A stretch of 64,000 bases of DNA from Balanoglossus misakiensis (Eukaryota; Animalia; Hemichordata): positions 4,517,374 through 4,581,373 of the forward strand of contig CM082583.2 of assembly GCA_040954595.2 (NCBI GenBank). The letters run 5' to 3'. The notes beneath the pieces were generated by a model. That model did no database searches and was not told the DNA's origin. It saw only the letters and a program-made list of their open reading frames with translations. The position numbers were made by a program, and so were the translations under genes. Shown here in pieces: positions 26,001 through 39,473 of this stretch (position 1 is the stretch's first letter; each line of letters starts with the position of its first letter).

Positions 26001-29000
26001 TGCTTCAACCAGGGTGTCTAGTGTGATGATCGGTCCCAGAATGGCCATACCTCGTGCGATGTTCTCCCGTACTTCGGTCTGGTCAGAAAAAAATGAGACA
26101 TGATCATTGCAGAAACTGTCTGAATTGATATTATAGTGATATTCACACAACATATTTCTCCTAAATACCCCACCCCCGTTCAGAAGTGAAACTTGAAGAA
26201 ACTGGCTTTTTTCACACAACTTTTTGACCACATAATGACTGAAAATTCATTGTACGTCTTCTTCCCATGCTTTAATAGAAAGACTTAAATCTTGTTCAGT
26301 AAATAAAAATGTTGTATACCTGTGACGAAGCACTCAGTGCAAACTTGGCCAAAGCATTAGCCTTCGACAGGTCAATCAATAGCAAAAAGAATGGTAATGC
26401 CTCACTGTAAAAGAGAAAACAAAGCAAATCATTTTATAGCTTTCAAAATCCAGTTATTTATTTTTTTCCAAATGAAGGAGCAGCATGCTTAACTGTGTCT
26501 GATTTAAACACAGTGACACACACTAGGAAAATAATCCCTTTTTTGACCTCTGACCCTTACACGAATACACCCCTGTCTCCCTTTGAAGAGGTCCAACTAT
26601 TTGTATAGAAAACAATGGATTTGGACCAAACCACGGTGGTGAAAGAGTTAAAGAACAGTAGCAATGAGTCATTTTGTGATAAATATGAAGACCTTTGGTC
26701 CCTTCAGAACTATTCTGAGCGATGTGTCTATCAGAAAATAAACAATGCATGACTACGTGTAGGTGTGGTCTGTAATCACACACATGTGCACGCACGCGCC
26801 ATGCATCAAATACCACAGCTGTACATCGTGTCTTTCTGATGACAATTTTATCAAATTTTAGAATTCCAACATTTTTGTTGCTCTGACTATCTTTATTAAT
26901 GAACTACTTAATAAACTGAGTTTTTTTGGCCCCTTTTTTTCACTACAGTTCATATATTCAAAACACACCGGGCGATTGATTATGACCACTTGAGCAAAAG
27001 TACCTCACACAAGAATTTGTCTGATCCGTTTTTTTCCCCCAAATACATACACCGATTTTCTGTGGACTTCTTGTGTGATCTCAGACACGAAACTTTTACA
27101 GCAGATTACAATTTCTGGAGCTTGCATATATCTGATTGCGAACAATCATTTTAGATTGGGAGAAAAAGAGCTGCATATCAGCGATGCAACTTACAATGGA
27201 CGTCTACTGGATTTATCAGTTGATGGAGGGTCAAATTCCACTTTCAAAACATTTCAACCGGGTTTATTGAACTGAAGCACATGATTGGCCGACTGACCTA
27301 CTGAGGCCTTGCCAACTTTACTGCAGCTAGGGGGACATAAGGGTAAACGTGTGCATTACTAGGGAGTACCAGACCTGGACCAGAGCCATGTTATTACGTA
27401 TTGTGTTGATAACACCATGAACTATTTTACCGCAAAGGTGAAGATGTCAAGGGCCCTTTCTTAAACGTACAAACATTTTCAAGAAAAGACAACAAAAATG
27501 GGCGATTTCAGGTTCTTTTTGAAATTTTCTAAATCAGACACCAGACTCATTTTTTTGCAGGATTATTCTTGTTAGTCATGACACCCTGTTTGCTTGTGAA
27601 CCCGCCTGCCGCCCATTCAGGTGTATTTGAGATTTACTTACTGTAAACCAGTGACTTCTTTGTCCATGAAATTCACCACTGCCGTGCTGAAGACGAAACT
27701 TGAAAACATCGTGAAGAGTCCGGCAATACCTGAACAGAGAAAAAAATGTGAAACAAATTAATGCATGTAGGGCGTGAACTGCGAAAATGAGTCAATAAAA
27801 ATACAAACACAGGGAATCTTAATCCTCAAAAAAAGAAATAATATTTCAGTAAAGTTATATTTCATTATTTTTGACCAGTGGTGGAATCTACTTGTACGTA
27901 AATGTCAGATCAGCCATAAAAAGAACACAGCTCTTAAAACTGTCAGATTCTGTGTTATTGATAGCCACACGCACCCCTAAAGCAACGAGATTGTCAGAGA
28001 AAATGAATCTTACCCAAGATATATTTGGAACCTATGGTGCGCAAATTACGGAACTGAAGATAGATGTAGAAGACAGCGAGACATCGTGTGATCGTCATGA
28101 TTATGATATCCGAACTCATAACATCCTGCAAATGAGCAAAATTGCGGACATGAGTGTTAAAAAAACTATACAAGCAGATGTTTGCTTTAGTAAACTGTAT
28201 CAGTTGTGAAAACAGTCTGATTGAAAGGGTGTAATGTCAAATGATATCTGATATTTCTTGCATTGATAAGTCAATATTGAATATTGTTCGATTTGTAACC
28301 TGTAATGGGGTCACAGTTATGCATTAATATGTGTGTCATGAAAAATGGGGGGACCACACCCTATGTAAATATGCCTGTCCGAAAAACACCACCCAGTAAA
28401 TATTAAATAAATAGGCATCATAATTTGAAATGTAAGCAAAATGTTGTGATATTATATTATGGGACGTTTTGTATCTTATACTGATCTCTGTCACACAAAA
28501 AATATTCTGAATACATCCCTCAGAATCAAAAGACGGAGAGACAAAATGACAATGGAATTATTGATTTTTAAAGTAAGGCACTGGTTATTTGTAACTGAAT
28601 GGGAATGGCAGTCTTTCTTTTCTGACAGGGCGAAAATTCTCAAAGTCAAAGTGACCTCTAACTAGTCTGAGCCCAGTCCAACGAACTCATGCAAAATGCA
28701 CAATGGTTTACTTTAAACCACTCAAAAAGCATTATGTCTGGGAAGATGATTAATTATAAGCAAGGGGTGTCTGAAAGTGTAACATATGTGACTTGCATGT
28801 AACAGACGCCAGAGTTGGAAAAGTGTATCAGTGCACAATGGGTTATTGGCACAAAGGGTCAGGGTACTCAGGGTGTCAGCCATAAATTGCGGCCAGGACA
28901 AGCGCTGCGTTGACGGTTCCTTGCACTTATAGCAACAGAGTAAACTGGCAAGTTTGGGTGTTAACTGTTTACAGTTACACGACACAGAATGGAGGAAGCA

Positions 29001-29182
29001 AAAATCATTTCTTCACTTACCTCTTGCCCAGAACAGTCATAATTCCACCCGCAAACTTTGTCGTTACCGGTGAACATGTGCATGGACACCATACAAATGG
29101 TGACGGTCAGAGTTCCCACGATCACTTCCCACGGGTGACTGGCGCAAAAGCGGCCGTGTACGTAGAAAAGTCCCGACAACAT
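20083..29182 (-). CDS. HMGCR: 3-hydroxy-3-methylglutaryl-CoA reductase (class I, with sterol-sensing membrane domain), 944 aa
   Basis: Coding exons (minus): 29021-29182, 28014-28125, 27642-27729, 26320-26404, 25866-26078, 25406-25525, 25011-25159, 24358-24563, 23826-24142, 23370-23564, 23063-23221, 22788-22873, 22397-22574, 21986-22156, 21383-21523, 21064-21222, 20499-20653, 20083-20221; 2835 nt, GT-AG, phases consistent. Motifs: [90 protein letters not shown]. Confidence 0.98.
21636..21841. mobile_element. Tc1/mariner-pogo (Tigger-like) MITE in an HMGCR intron
   Basis: TIRs TACAGTGAAACCTGTGT / ACACAGGTTTGACTGTA with TA ends. Internal 17-bp tandem GTGGTCACTATATAGAG. Confidence 0.8.
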
Positions 29183-32100
29183 TCTGTGTCCAAGCCTGCA
29201 AGGAAAATATGCGACATCGTTGATCATTTTGCAAAAAAAAAAAATCAACTGTCTGCTTTGCTGGAACTGAGGTTTGCAGATTGACAGTCACTGACAACAC
29301 CAATTTACAATGTTAGAACACAATCCATGTTGTAATTGCATCCTACCCACCCCACCCCCTTTTTTACTTCATTTGAGCCAACCCTGCTGATTTCATGACA
29401 TGGAAGACTCCATATTCAGATAAATGGAGATGAAAGGGGTGCTGTCTCTCGACTATTTAATGAACTTTTATCAGCCTTTTGGACCAATGTTACAAGTTTC
29501 ATTCTCAGTGAAACGGTAATACAAACACGAATACAGACTTTATTCCTAGGTCTCTGAACAACATTTTAGCTTCAAACTTCTATATATTTTAGAATTACAG
29601 TAGACGTCTGCATGCTCGGGGTATAGCCACATGCTGTAATTGTATATTTAAGGTGGGGCACATTTGATTGTTTGACATGGGATGTTACCATGACCTCCAC
29701 CCGTCTAATAGTCTTATAGGACAGCTACATTGTGCAAGTATGCTGAGCTGTAAGCATATATGCAAAAACTGCCTTTGATCAGAGCCAATTTATTATTTTA
29801 TTTTATTTGGCAAGTCAATGGATACGAGAAAACCAGTACGGGTGGTAGGCACAAGCGTGGCTCTGCTGTTATTAGTGTTAATGGAGCATCGTGACACAGA
29901 TACGATAGTAGAACAAGGCTGCAGTCGAGGAGTACATAGAAATCCTTGCCAATTAGGCAGTGACCATGAAATTTGAAAATTCTGATTTATTGTAGTTCTG
30001 ATCTGTGGACATTCTTTGTGAATTTATCTGTAGCTCTAGTCTGTGCAATACGCGCCAAAGTTGGGCTTTACAGCCTTCAATGGCTGCACATTTTTCCCTG
30101 CTAGAAATTTAAGCAGATCTGCCACTAGAAATTTAAACCTTCATTTTTCGCTTTTCACATCATCTTTCATCAATCACCTTTACGAAACAGGACCAGAGAC
30201 GATTTTTGTCTATTCAATGTGTAAACCATGAAATAGAAGTCTGTGTCTATGTGGTAATCATTTACCAGGATCTATTTCGGATGAACATGAAGGTTTTTAA
30301 CATAATATATATTTTTCTGCAGCCATTTTATACTTGATGTACGTTTTTTTTCTAATACGAGTTTTAAGGTAAATTAAATACTACCATTTCCAGGTGTCAT
30401 CTACAAAATATACAACAGATGAATACGCGGAGCTCAGCTGATACAAAAATACAAACTGCACTTTGTATGAATTCAATTGATCAGATTTTTCTGAATTCGT
30501 ACAGAATAGACTAGACCTTGTTTATGTTAAATACTTTGAGTCTCATGTCATTTATTTTAAATAGATATGTCTGAAAAGCAGAACTATCATCGTGAAACTG
30601 ACATGCACATCCCCTCCCCCCAAAAAAATCTCCACATTTGACAATACCTATCTGCAAAACAATGTATAATAATTGAATAAGATTAAGAATCATGAAATAA
30701 CAGCAAATTACATCATGCGAGACACCTCACCCCAAGGCCACACAGTACTGTTTCCGACAGACCAAATGTAAAATCTGACGGAGTTTGAAGGCAGACAGGT
30801 AAAACATGAAATTATCTCAGTGTTGCATCATTCAAAATAAGACTGTCAGTTATTTTTTTTAAATAAAGCAAAAATAAAAACCTTTCACCTGTTAAGACGC
30901 ATCTTGAAATATCCTTCTCAGAGAAACCTAGGAATATTACACAATTTCTCCAAGCAACAACCCACAGTTGGAAGTAACCACAGTGCAAGACGTACACAAA
31001 TGTCAGCTATCCATCAAGGGAACCTTTGCTAGACTCCTAATTCTGTCAGTGAGGTAAGGGAAATCTTGACCCAGTCATCATCCCACCAACATCAGGCCAC
31101 CCGGCTTATTAATATTCATGAGCTCATGCATAAATTACCAGGAGTGAAAAAGCCGCATGGAATTTTCCTCCAATGTTTATACGAGCAACTGAGCGACGAT
31201 TTTCACAAAATTTCGAAACACAATATTGGTACATTTGGGGCATTTTATTTTCTAATTTTGGGCATTTTTAAAAGCAAATTGCATGTACACAGAAATTAAT
31301 ATTGAATTTAACAGTGACACCATAGTTACGGTGCATAGGGCAAACCATTATACTGCAAGGGGTGATTTCAACTAAATCAAAATGAACAAGCTTTGACAGC
31401 TTTTTGGTTCAGAGAACATTTTTGGGGGTTAATTTTAGTGATTATAACAACTAAATTTACTGAATGTATCCTTGAAGTTGAATGTTTAATTGCTAATATC
31501 AATTTAATATCTGTTTATCCTTATTCACAATTCTTCCCTTTTGTACAGTGGTATAAGCGGTACATGCTGATGTTACATGACGGAATCATGACCTGAACAT
31601 GTGCAAAGTGGGGAGTTTTAGTTTGAGACACATTTCATAATACTGCCTTACTCTGGAATTGGACACACATGATTGGTTAGAAGCCATCAGCTCATCTTTT
31701 CATATGCAAATAGCGTGGTAATCACTACTGAAAAGATGTCCCAAATGAGTCATTCCATTTGAGAGAGAGGGGAGGGTTGGGGTGGGGTGAGGTGGGGCAT
31801 CCGATGGAATGTGGATTAAGCTGGAGACAAGTGAAAATTAATTTATATCGTCAAATCTCCATATTATTATGCTACATGAGGTGAAGAGCACCAAAAATCG
31901 TGTGGAATTATTTAGTCCCAAGCAGAATGGTGCTTTTATCAATGCCTGCTTTTATCAATAATACCAGGATTTTTACAGTATTTGGCATGAAGGGGCACCT
32001 TCAGGATATACAGGTACATGTACACGCATATGTAATGGAATTCTGACAGAGTTGAGCTGCACTCACTGTGACTCACACAACTGCAGTGGGTCACAGTAGG

Positions 32101-32629
32101 CAATGCACGATAACGGTATCAAACTGGTGTGTAGGGGAAGGGGAGGTGTCAGGGGAGGTGTCAGGGGAGGGAGGGAGAGGGTGTTGGGGTGGTGCAGATG
32201 TGATGTCAGAATACATGGTGTCAAACTTCAGCGGGTAAGCGCAAGGCTTAAAGGACAGCTGTTGCATGCAAGCAGTGGGGAATGATTATGCCAAGATTCT
32301 GTGCATTTTACTCTGGTCAGGGAGCACAGACAAGGTGTCTGTCTAAAAGAGGGTACCACAAAATGTCTGACTATAGTAGAGGAGAAAAAATGTCAGACCA
32401 TGGTAAGGGATGTCATTGTCCTGGGAGGTAAAATAGCAGATTGTAGTGGGTGGGGTGAAGTGGGTAGGGAAAATACTGCACTGGAGTGAGGGCGCGGGCA
32501 TCGCATGATATACTGGGAGCAAGAGGATGTCTGACAACAATGACAGGATGAGTTTGAGATAATGGAGCATTTGTGACAAAGGAAGGCAAGGGTATCTCGA
32601 CTACAATTGAAAGGGGAATGTATAATGAT

Positions 32630-32810
32630 GGAGGTGGGTGGGAGAAGGGGAAGGACGAAGAGGAGGGTAGGAACGACAAAGTGAGAAGGAGGGAGAGTGA
32701 GAGACAGAGTGAGAGTCAGTGAGAGAGTGAGAGACAGAATGAGTAAGTGAGTCAATCAGTCAGTGAGTGAGTGAGAAGGAGAGAAAGAGAGAGTGAAAGA
32801 GGAGACAGAT
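32630..32810. repeat. Purine-rich (GA/GAGT) low-complexity tract in HMGCR intron 1
   Basis: GAGAGTGAGA-type repeats are directly visible. Confidence 0.8.
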
Positions 32811-33131
32811 TGAACTAGGCTCTGCTGTACTGGTAATTCCAGTATGATGGAAAAGTTTCAGGTGTAACAAAACAATATGGAAATTATACAGGAAGTGTTT
32901 CTTTTATTTTCTGAACAATAAGCTTGAAAATAAAAAGATTATCTTGTTTGTCACATCACACATATGCTGACGTATAATGGACAATGGACATGGTATATTG
33001 TATAACAAAACTACCGGTACCTGAATGTATAAAACTTTTGTGTCAATGACCTGTCAGAAATTTCTATTTATCCCCAATGCCAGAAGCTATCGACTAACAC
33101 AGAAAGATGTAAATTTTAGAGGAAAGGAACT

Positions 33132-33548
33132 TACTGTAAACCATGTTATTTTCGCAAGTTGAAATTTTCGCGATATGGAGAGAGGCTACTGTTATGCGAG
33201 TATTAATTTTCGCGTTCTCGTACTGCATCGTTATCTCCGAAAAACTACTATTGTACGCTTATTTGTCGCATTTGTAGCAAGATTCTTGGCCACAAACGAC
33301 GATGTTCAAACAAATTGCACGATGTGTAGCAAAATCATGAAACCACAACCATTTTAATATATTACCTGCAACTTTCAAACTGAAAACATTTTGTTGTGTT
33401 TGTGTTTGACTATCATTCTATTACTAGTATTTACCACATTGTTCTTTCACAACTATATTTATGTGTGAGTCTTTATTTTCGCGTTGTTTGGGGGTCTCCC
33501 TTATTTCACGTAAATTTATTGCTCGCGAAAACAACATGTTTTACTGTA
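33132..33548. mobile_element. TA-flanked MITE, TACTGTAAA...TTTTCGC family
   Basis: 5' TACTGTAAACCATGTTATTTTCGC and 3' GCGAAAACAACATGTTTTACTGTA form imperfect TIRs. Same family as 60360-60559. Confidence 0.75.
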
Positions 33549-34238
33549 GTTAAGTTAGCTAGCTAGTAAAGACGAACAATTTAGTTGGTAAACTGTCCAC
33601 GCTACACATACATTTAGAAAATCTTTTTAACAAAGTGCACACAGAAATGTAAAAAAGAAATACCCACAAACTCTGATCAGAAGTTCGTCTGTGATCCAAA
33701 AATGAATATCACCACAGGTGAAGTCTGCAGGTCTTCTGATATTTTACATTTATAGATATCAGATTTTAATGCGAAAGCAACAATTTTTGACCAAGAGAAA
33801 AAATCCTGTAGTTCAGGAATGGCTCTAAATTACTCAAAACAAAGCACAACACCTCACCTGAAGATTTCTGTAAACAATCTGAACAAATACTGACAAATGA
33901 TTACACCCTTGCAAGAAGAGAAATCTCTGTCGCTCAGAACTGCCATCCTCACACAGCACCAGCTAGTGTCACCAGTGAGGCAAAGACGAACTGACAGTTC
34001 ACTTTTTAGTTTTGCAGTTGCATAATGAAATGAATAGAAATCGTTGATTCATTGAAATCAAATGCACAAACAATGATATGGACCATGAAAGCATGACAGC
34101 CATCATACATCATGTATCACCTTGAATCATACATGTTTCATCTTGAGTTGAATATTTCTTGTTTTAATTTTCAAAAATTTGAATAAAGCTACATATATTA
34201 TTATAAATTTACATACATGTATGATGTATATTAATTAT

Positions 34239-34765
34239 TATATCACGCTACCGTCCGCAATTCTGATTGAACGAGAGCTCAATCCAGCGATGCTAAAATA
34301 GTCATATAGCACTGCTGGCAGTGCTAAAACGGGCCCCTGAACTAGCATGCCGTACTGAAAATGTGCGGTTGAACCACGGTCGCTTGGTGTTAAACCAAAT
34401 AAATAAAATGAAAACACCGTTGAATTTACGGACATTTTATTTTGGAACTGCTATGTAGGAATACTTGTCACTTTGCCATACGCGACACCCGTCTGGTCAT
34501 TTTTTGTCGTCTGCTTCATGTTTAATTCTCGATCCCGGACTGCTCGTCGCTATGTTGGTTCACGATCGTAACTTCTTTTTCTGACGCCGTTTCGTTAAGA
34601 AAATACCACTGATATGCCACAAAATCAATTGTTGATATAATATAATAGCAATAACCCCCGCCTCAGTCGGGTATACACTCGATTTGGGTACAATTCGCTC
34701 CATATAGCACTCGCCTGACGGCTCGTGCTATATGTCTCGAATTGTACCCAAATCTCGTGTATATA
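34239..34765. mobile_element. Non-autonomous element with a long terminal hairpin (Crypton-like architecture)
   Basis: 5' TATATCACG...ATTCTGATTG. 3' hairpin 34672-34763: TATACACTCGATTTGGGTACAATTCG..ATATAGCACTCGCC-TGAC-GGCTCGTGCTATAT..CGAATTGTACCCAAATCTCGTGTATA. Family assignment is inference. Confidence 0.55.
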
Positions 34766-34880
34766 TCAACAGCAACTAAGTGAATAGAGCTAAGTCCAGG
34801 CAAAGTGAGCACTACACATAATATAATGTTTATGGGTCTTTGGGTGAGTAAAAACTATTAATTTCAATGTGGACAGATAA

Positions 34881-34943
34881 GAACATCCTACATCTGAGAC
34901 ACACCACATCAATGATGTGGTGTGTCTCAGATGTAGGATGTTC
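34881..34943. repeat. Perfect 63-bp palindrome (31-bp arms, 1-nt spacer)
   Basis: GAACATCCTACATCTGAGACACACCACATCA-A-TGATGTGGTGTGTCTCAGATGTAGGATGTTC. Confidence 0.97.
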
Positions 34944-35430
34944 ATGAGGTGGGATCCATCGCTACTTCAGTATGTCACACACATTGCGAATGTGATTTGT
35001 TTCCGGCCCAAAGTCTCGATACCTTATTACTCATTGTTTACTTTCTCTTTTTTATTTTGATATACATGTACACTGATGACACTGATTCACAATTACGACG
35101 GCCCTGCCCTAAAGATGACGTCGTTATGAAGCTACCGGCCTGGCTTGACCTTGTCGGTGTACACCGTCTATAAATAGAATGTTACCACAAATCGCGTGCG
35201 GGTGGGGTGTCCTACGACTTGTCAAGTATAAATGCTTAAAGAATGGCCAAATTGTGGATAAAATTATTGGGTAGGCAAATCACAGTGGTAACCCCGTTTA
35301 AATTTTGTTATTTCTGACCACTGACAGTGACACAAATAAAACGTCTGTTGATGTACCGTACGCGTACGCGTGCGATACACCGATCGACGACACAACACCA
35401 AACGCCATCTAGCGATTGTATCATGCTCAC

Positions 35431-35780
35431 CTCGTTTTTCGATTAAAATGGACGAAACTTCTTCTGTGGCGATGGCTGTAAGACCCTCTTATGGCAACTT
35501 GTGTGATAATGTTGAGTTTTAACAATAATTATACCGACATCACCTCACTGCGAACATTGTCGCGTACATACTCGTCGCACTTTCTGATCAAAATGGACGG
35601 CGTATTTACGTCACCAAGTCAACCTATGACCTAAAGGGCCCTCTGAATTAGTAATAATTGCTACACATGAGACCATCGTCTATCGAGATAGGGAGTCACA
35701 TAAAGAGAGGTGAATGATGTGCGTACGTGATACTCGTCATGATGCAAGTCGCTCGTAGCATCTCTCACCTATTCTAGCCT
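35431..35780 (-). promoter_or_regulatory. HMGCR: Probable non-coding exon 1 and promoter of HMGCR
   Basis: Minus-strand donor GAG|GTGAGC at 35431 would splice to the acceptor before 29195, 13 nt upstream of the ATG. Region is CpG-enriched with SRE-like ATCACCTCAC (35539-35548), CRE-like TTACGTCA (35606-35613) and AGGTCA-T-AGGTTG (35620-35632, minus). Vertebrate HMGCR also has a non-coding exon 1. Confidence 0.6.
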
Positions 35781-38700
35781 GGCTTCTACCTCCATGGTTC
35801 AATCTTCTAACGTATAGAAACTACCGCGTGTAATCATACTTATGTACAATAAACGAGGATATAGCATTCAGCACTTTGCACACGACGGATGTCCCACAAA
35901 AAACGGTGCAATCTTAGGCCTAATGGATGATGGAACTATAAGAATATTTTATGTCCATTACTATAAATCAGGTATTTGTATGTTAAAAATCGAAAGTGAT
36001 CATTAACCAGTGAGAATGCATTCTGAGTCTCGCTGTTTTATAGGCCACATTTGTGATGAAATGCAAATCTAAAATCTTTGCGAGCGGACCTCAAGATTGT
36101 TACGTATACGAGGTACGTATTAATCTTATCTGTGCAAGGTCGTTCATGTAACGACAATTTTAACGTTTCTCAAAATCGACTCCTCGGAGTTCGTAATCTC
36201 TAAGGTTATGACGTCAAGAGAAAGGATGGGTGACTATATTTATCTTCTCAAAGTTTGTAGAAGGGATCGTTCACGTGCGTGAGCTGATTATCGACAGTAT
36301 TAGGTAATTGAATTATCATCTGTGGAAGCCTTTTACAATGAACTGCGTATATGTCTATGGCCCGCAGCAAGTCCTTTTGAAATAAAAAATGAGAAATTTA
36401 AACTTTCTTTGCTCTGAATGATTGGGGGAATTGCCGTTAACATTCAACAATGAATTACTTGCAGAATATTCAGAAACTGTGAGTGTACATTGTATACATA
36501 ATTGTGTGAACGAACAGTTAGGTAAATGACAGCGGAGGTTTGAGCAAATGGTTTCATGGGATATATCAATATTTAATATTGACACGGGGAGGAGGCGGGA
36601 ATAATTGACTATAGGAAAAAATAGCTTTGCATATAATTTAATATTGGTTGACGGGGCTGTCAGATGTGCGCCTTGGTGTAATGCCGCATGCCGTATGCAT
36701 GTGTATGTGTTGATGATGAAATGCGCGGTTACATCATGTAGAAGGTTGAGAAAACAGTGCAACAATATTGTCATTTTCTTAAAAATTTCACAAAAGGCGC
36801 CAAAAGAGGAGTATTATTAAATGATATAGAGAAAACATATGTCACCCCGCTTAACTTTTTGACAGAGCGCTTCAGAAAGTTTCGCCATGGGAGATCCATA
36901 GCATCAGGAGTGCGAGAAAAATGCTGACTCAGCATTTTCAACAATATTTAAGGCCATATGGCGAAGCTTTCGATCATGAAAACTTTAAGTTTGTTTGCAT
37001 CTCAGTTGGCCACTTTACATTGACTTGTATAACTGTCACTCAGAGGGTTTCCGTTTGACGTATAACATGTATAGGTGCAGCCACAAGCACTTACTTGCCA
37101 GTTTGGTGAAAACGTGCACGTTTTACTTCACCTATAGGAACTGAAATATCACTCAACCAAGCGCGGTTGTATAAAGAGGAATGAAAACCGGAATGCGCTT
37201 GATTGAAACGTATTGAATGCTTCTGGTTATTATTTTCCAACATTTCTATGATTAAACCACGGTCACGCGATTAAACGCGCCAATTACTGGCTCACATTTC
37301 CAAAAGTATAATGAGGTGTTTCGGCGCGTGATATCCGATGCTGGTCGTACCGTCCTGTCTTTGGTAGCAGATAGCGGTCACCAAACCGATTGGACCGTCT
37401 CAAGTGGGGGTCCTCAGAAGTTCGATGGACAAACTTGATATTTATGCGGCGAAAGACATCCCCGCCTTGTAACTGGTCTAGGGTTCACACGTACGCAGTC
37501 ACTTCGAATTCCGGGTGGTTTAAATATAAGGAGGTTGTCAGCAGTTTCAACCTGATGCGCAACAATTCCAATGTAACGCTCATAGATTGCCAAGTATAAA
37601 TTCAAAATTTTCGCCGCCAGGAAAAATAGCAGAACCACAAATAAAAGGTAATTCTTGGAGACAGGAAAATACATGCATCTAATACACCAACTGAGAGTGT
37701 ATCCCTCTGATGCTGATCCGACAAATTCTGATTGACAGCACACGCGGGCGACTTTCGGTCGGTACATTTATGAGAAGGGGAAAAAAATTACAGTATTCCT
37801 TACGAGATATTTAATTTCGTCAAGACATATATATCTGTACAAAAGCGCTCCACGTTTTTCTCTTGCATATCATGACAATGTATTAAGTGACCTAGCTTTT
37901 GCGCATCTTGGTTAAATATATACACAAAATGTATCTGCATCTAGTGTATCATAACAATGTTTATAAGCTTGAAAGTATATTAGGTGCGATTATACTCAAA
38001 ATCTTGTCAGTATAACGTCGCAAGCACGGTTGATAGTTTGGGATTGAATGGGAGTACAATGTATATAGTTTACTGAATAGCGAATTTCGAATGTACTCAA
38101 ACTTGACGTACATGCATCGGACTATGGGTTCAGCCCATCCGAAGATTCTGACAGCTTTAGCAAGAAGGTTATGTCAGAAACTTCGTTTGTTGCCAGTGTG
38201 TGATTTAGAACCAACAGCAAAACGCCGCGTCCCGTTTGAAAATTCTCGCAGAAGCTTGACCAACTGCAGGGAGGGACCGGCAATCTGCATGGATGTTTTA
38301 TGTCGTGCCGTACGCCCGACATGTGTTATTAGTATATTATGTCCACGCTAGTGGCTAGGTTGCAGAGTAGCAACACTAGGCTAGGTTTACAACTCACCTC
38401 TAACAGATATAACTTTTTGCACCAAAGAAACACAAGTATGCAATCTAGAGGCGCTGACCAGGTTCACCAGGTGTGTATTAATCTCCAGATGCCACTGCTA
38501 CCTTCAGAGCACTGTAGCCCGTCTTCAATGATGCCACTAAACTTCTGGCCTGTGTTGATGCGGCGACGTGCACGGATATAAATGGGGCAAGTTTGTTCGG
38601 TCAGAAATAAATAAACCGAATTGTACAATTACGATTGATAGCAATCAGCGGCACGTGAGACGCATTTAGGAAGGTCACATTACCGATATGCTGCGCACGC

Positions 38701-39017
38701 AATCAGTTCTGGATTAACGCTCTGAACAAAAGATGCATTAGAGCGAATAATCGAGCTGTCGCGTGATTTTAGCACGGAGCACGGAGACCAAATGATCAAT
38801 GTGGCATTTCGATCTATTGGATTCTATAAAAACGGAACCTTTGTATCAAAATATAGTCTAAAACAATCAAAATTAAGAATGTGGGTAAACAGAGCGTCCC
38901 CAGACCGATTATTCGCTCTAATGATGCATTAATTGGCAATAATTACATATGAATGCTCATGTATATATAATATAAACGCAAACAAAACAACAATAACGTC
39001 AACAAAATAATGAAAGC

Positions 39018-39077
39018 GATGAAGATGATGATTATGATGATGATGATGATGATGATGACGACGACGACGACGACGAC

Positions 39078-39152
<75 letters not shown>
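39018..39152. repeat. (GAT)n/(GAC)n microsatellite
   Basis: Directly visible. Source of the poly-Ser ORF. Confidence 0.95.
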
Positions 39153-39473
39153 ACCGGAGCTGGTGGTGGTGATGGTGTCTTTTGATTAATTGGTCTACTG
39201 TTCAGCAGGCGTACCTTTGAATTTCCGAATCTCACTGTGATTCTCGACTATCAATGCTGTAACAGCTGGTACCGGTGTAGGATTTTTTTTCTGTGTCATC
39301 TGGAGACATCTTTTTGGACATGCATGTTGAATATTACCAACGCTGTCATCTAAACATGCTAAAGCGGCGCTGGTTAGTCTGTGCCAGGAACACTGCTACC
39401 ACGACAGCAGCGACACAAAATTTACGGCTTAATTATTTGGTCTGGGTTTTGATAATTCTCTTTCGGTCTGAGG

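Noticed and set aside
37390-37767. Short overlapping ORFs on both strands
   Set aside because: No recognisable motif or convincing splice chain.
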